A stretch of DNA of 64,000 nucleotides, from assembly GCA_043228905.1 (NCBI GenBank), contig JBHGNT010000006.1:11408001-11472000 (forward strand). Direction: 5' to 3'. The notes beneath the pieces were generated by a model. That model saw only the letters and a program-made list of their open reading frames with translations, was not told where the DNA came from and did not search any database. This document shows positions 61,031 to 64,000 of this stretch, piece by piece. The position numbers were made by a program, and so were the translations under genes. The DNA comes from Azolla caroliniana. Taxonomy: Eukaryota; Plantae; Polypodiophyta. Each line of letters opens with the position of its first letter. Position 1 is the first letter of the stretch.

Positions 61031-64000
61031 CTATTGAGGAGGTTCTCTTAGCAACCACCCTCCCAACCTACAGAGGGGGTTTTTCTTTTTTCTTTTCTCC
61101 TCAAATAAAAACCTTGCTACGGTACCATCGTCTATGGAATGTAGTCAATGGTAGTGACAAGAAACCAGTGGTAACTTCATCCTCTTCAACCAAATCAGTT
61201 GCTGGCTCAGTTAACACTGAGATTGAAGCTTGGCTAGATAAGGATTCTTGTGCTCATGCTTTCCTCGTGTTTAATATTAAACCGGGCATCGCTCATCAAT
61301 TTCAAGATACAGATGAAGAGACAACCAATGAACTATGGGCAGCCATCAAATAGCGGTATCATCGAGCTAATCATGCTCAAATGATAGCTATTGTGAACCA
61401 ACTAGCAAATCTCAAGATTCATGACACTCTCAACATCATGGATCAAACAATGCAATTTGTTACTCTCCAAAGGGAACTAGTTTCTTTGGGAAGCAAGTCA
61501 ACCGAAGTTGAGTTTGTGCATCGTTTAATGATCAAGTTGCCTGAGTCATTCTCAGCCTTTTGCGACACAATTTCTCTTCTTCCCAATGCACCTGATATCA
61601 ATACATTTCTTGGCATGCTACAAGACAGGGCAACAAGGAAGAAAAGTGCTCAAACTTCCAATGAGACGCTTCTACATGCGAAAAGTGAAGGCAAGTGGAA
61701 GCAAAATGGCAACTCCTAAAGCAAACCCAATCCAAGACCACCAAACAACCCAGTCTACAAGGAGCTCACTTGTCATTATTGTGGCTACAAAGGTCACATT
61801 CAGCCTGACTGTTGGAAAAAGAAAAGGGACAATGCGAAGAAATCTTCTTCTACCGAAAGTCAACCTACACCAAAATCAAACTCGGTCCACTCAGCCAAAG
61901 AAACAATTTTCCTTGGCATTGAGGAACATTCTTCACATTTGGCTGGAACAACTACTTCAACCACTGAGGAGTGGTTAGTAGATAGAGGTGCCATTGCACA
62001 CATGACTTATGACAAATCCATTTTGTATGATGTAAATTCTAGCTCCTCCCAAAGCTCCATAGGAGATGCCTCAAGCATTGAGGCTTCATGTGTGGGTAAT
62101 GTGTTTCTTAACACTTCTTCAAATGACACACCTGTCGTTCTTCAAGATGTGCTACATGTGCTTCGCATCTCTACCAACCTACTTTAGATCTACCAAATCA
62201 CTAAGCAAGGTTATGGAGTCTACTTTGATAGCTCAGTTTTGGAAGTCATTGACACCAACAGCCAACAAATTGTAGCTAGTGGCACACAAGAAGTGGGTTT
62301 ATGTCACCTGAAAAGTTTATCTCATCTTCTTCAAGGCTCTCATGCCTTGGTGGCACAAGAAGACCCCACGTGGCGTGCTAGGTTCGGTCACCTCCATTAC
62401 AATTCTCTAAAGGTAAAGAGGGATGTTTGAGGGAGCAGCTATTGAGGAATGATGTTCAGCAAATAGGACTGTAATAGAGATGAGAGTAGAGACACAGATT
62501 TTTGGTGTACCCAACCGCCTTGATTGGTACACAAGAAAAAAAGGTTATTATATTAGTTAACCCTAAAAAGAAAGAGGAGTGTTCACATTACAAACAGAGG
62601 TGTCTTGTTCAGGTGAACAATGTGTTCATATATACGAATAATCACCTAATTTGTGAACTACGGGCCTTTATACGTGACATTCTCTACAAAAGCTCTCCTC
62701 TTCACAGCCTATTTTCAAAACTCCCAATACCCCATGTGTTGCTTGTCTTCATGGCGAGCAACATTGAGAGCCTTTTCCTCATGAAGCCACTCACTGTGCA
62801 ATATCTATCTTGGAGTTAGTGAAAACCACTACTCTTGGTGGTGCTTGCTACTTCATGCTTATTATTGATGATTCCTACCGTAAGGTTTGGGTTTATTTTC
62901 TTGTAGAAAAATCTCAAGCCTTTACCAAATTTCAAGAATGGGTAGCTCTTGTGGAGAACGAGACATCAAAGAAAGTTCGAAAGATCAGGACTGACAATGG
63001 TGGAGAGTTTTGATGGGATTGGATCACAGATCTGTGGGAAAGACCAACTAAAATACACACGAATGCGGAAACAGGGAAAAACAGCAAATGCACAAAATGC
63101 ACAAACAGCATTTACAGGTGTAAAGCCCTCAATATCTTATTTTAAAGTCTTTGGTTGTAAAGCTTATGTTCACATTTCAGACCATAAAAGGACTAAATTT
63201 GAGTCCAAACCCAAGAAATGGAAATTTCTTGGTTACAACACACAATCTAAAGCCAACAGGTTATGGGATTTAGAATCAAAGTCCCTAGTCACCTGAGTCT
63301 AAGTCGGATGACTCTAGGATTTCACCTGAGTTCACGGTTGAAATCCCAGCTCCTCCGGAATCTCCTATTTTAGACGAAGATGTCTCACCTTCAAGCCCCC
63401 CATCTCCTCCTACTCAACCTCTAACTTCGCCAACAATTCAAACCTCTCCCTCAACTCCACTCGTTTCCCCTCCCTCTACACACCAGCTTCCACCACTTCC
63501 CACGTGGCTTCAAGCCACCATTCGTGATTCTCATCTCTCTGATGCTGAACTTCATGGTATACATCTAGTTCTCCGACCAACATGAAAAGAACACATAGGT
63601 CACAACAGCCTCTTCACTCATGCAACTTTGCCTTACTGTGCACTGTTGTGCAATTACAAGAACCCACAACAGCAAAAGAGGCCCTTGTTCTTCCAGAGTG
63701 GAAAGCAGGAATGGAAGTTGAACTTGATTCCATTGAGTGGAATCATACATGGGAGCTGGTCCCACGGCCTCAACATCAACAAGTCATTGACTGAAATGGA
63801 TGTTCAAGACTATGTACGATGCTGATGGTACTTTGGATAAGCACAAGGCACGTTTAGTTGCAAAAGGCTACTCACAAGTGGAAGGAGTGGATTACGAGGA
63901 AACGTTTGCTCCAACAGCACGGTACACCTCTATTCGATATGCCCTTGCACTTCCTGCTCACAACAAATGGCCCATCTTTCAAATTGATGTCAAGTTAGTC

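Larger units (their letters stand above)
55871..64000 (+). mobile_element. Ty1/Copia LTR retrotransposon, degenerate, running off the window; 5' LTR split by a LINE
   Basis: LTR TGTGA (55871)...TCACA (60790); PBS TGGTATCAGAGC (tRNA-iMet); gag LWNVVNG; CHYCGYKGHIQPDC; PR WLVDRGAIAH; INT RTDNGGEF; RT KARLVAKGYSQVEGVDYEETFAP. Small insertions at ~62412-62680 and ~63011-63110. Confidence 0.9.

Overview
Eukaryotic, intron-containing land-plant nuclear DNA; the TE types suggest a bryophyte such as a moss (inference). Two host genes lie on the minus strand: a 9-exon TOM1-like (VHS+GAT) gene at 21972-25685 and a FHIT/HIT-family gene at 53809-55390 whose first exon was not found. The rest is transposon-rich. 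It includes a Copia element (1-3052), a shuffled AT-rich repeat mosaic with a hAT-type MITE and a long hairpin (3.2-14.7 kb), and decayed Copia/Gypsy relics (14.7-21.5 kb). A nested cluster at 30.3-50.3 kb holds a Tcn1-type chromovirus, a Copia relic, an old non-chromoviral Gypsy and a very young full-length relative of that Gypsy. A Copia element upstream of the FHIT exons carries an RTE/RTEX-like LINE in its 5' LTR (55.9-64 kb). Highlights: (i) the young Gypsy has an intact ~890-aa extra ORF with a long coiled coil, no canonical PPT, and three TAG stops near domain boundaries despite near-identical LTRs; (ii) FHIT has a 3-nt micro-exon between a U2 intron and a U12 AT-AC intron; (iii) the chromovirus shows a Tf1-style self-priming signature. 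All coordinates were read by eye and no database searches were run.
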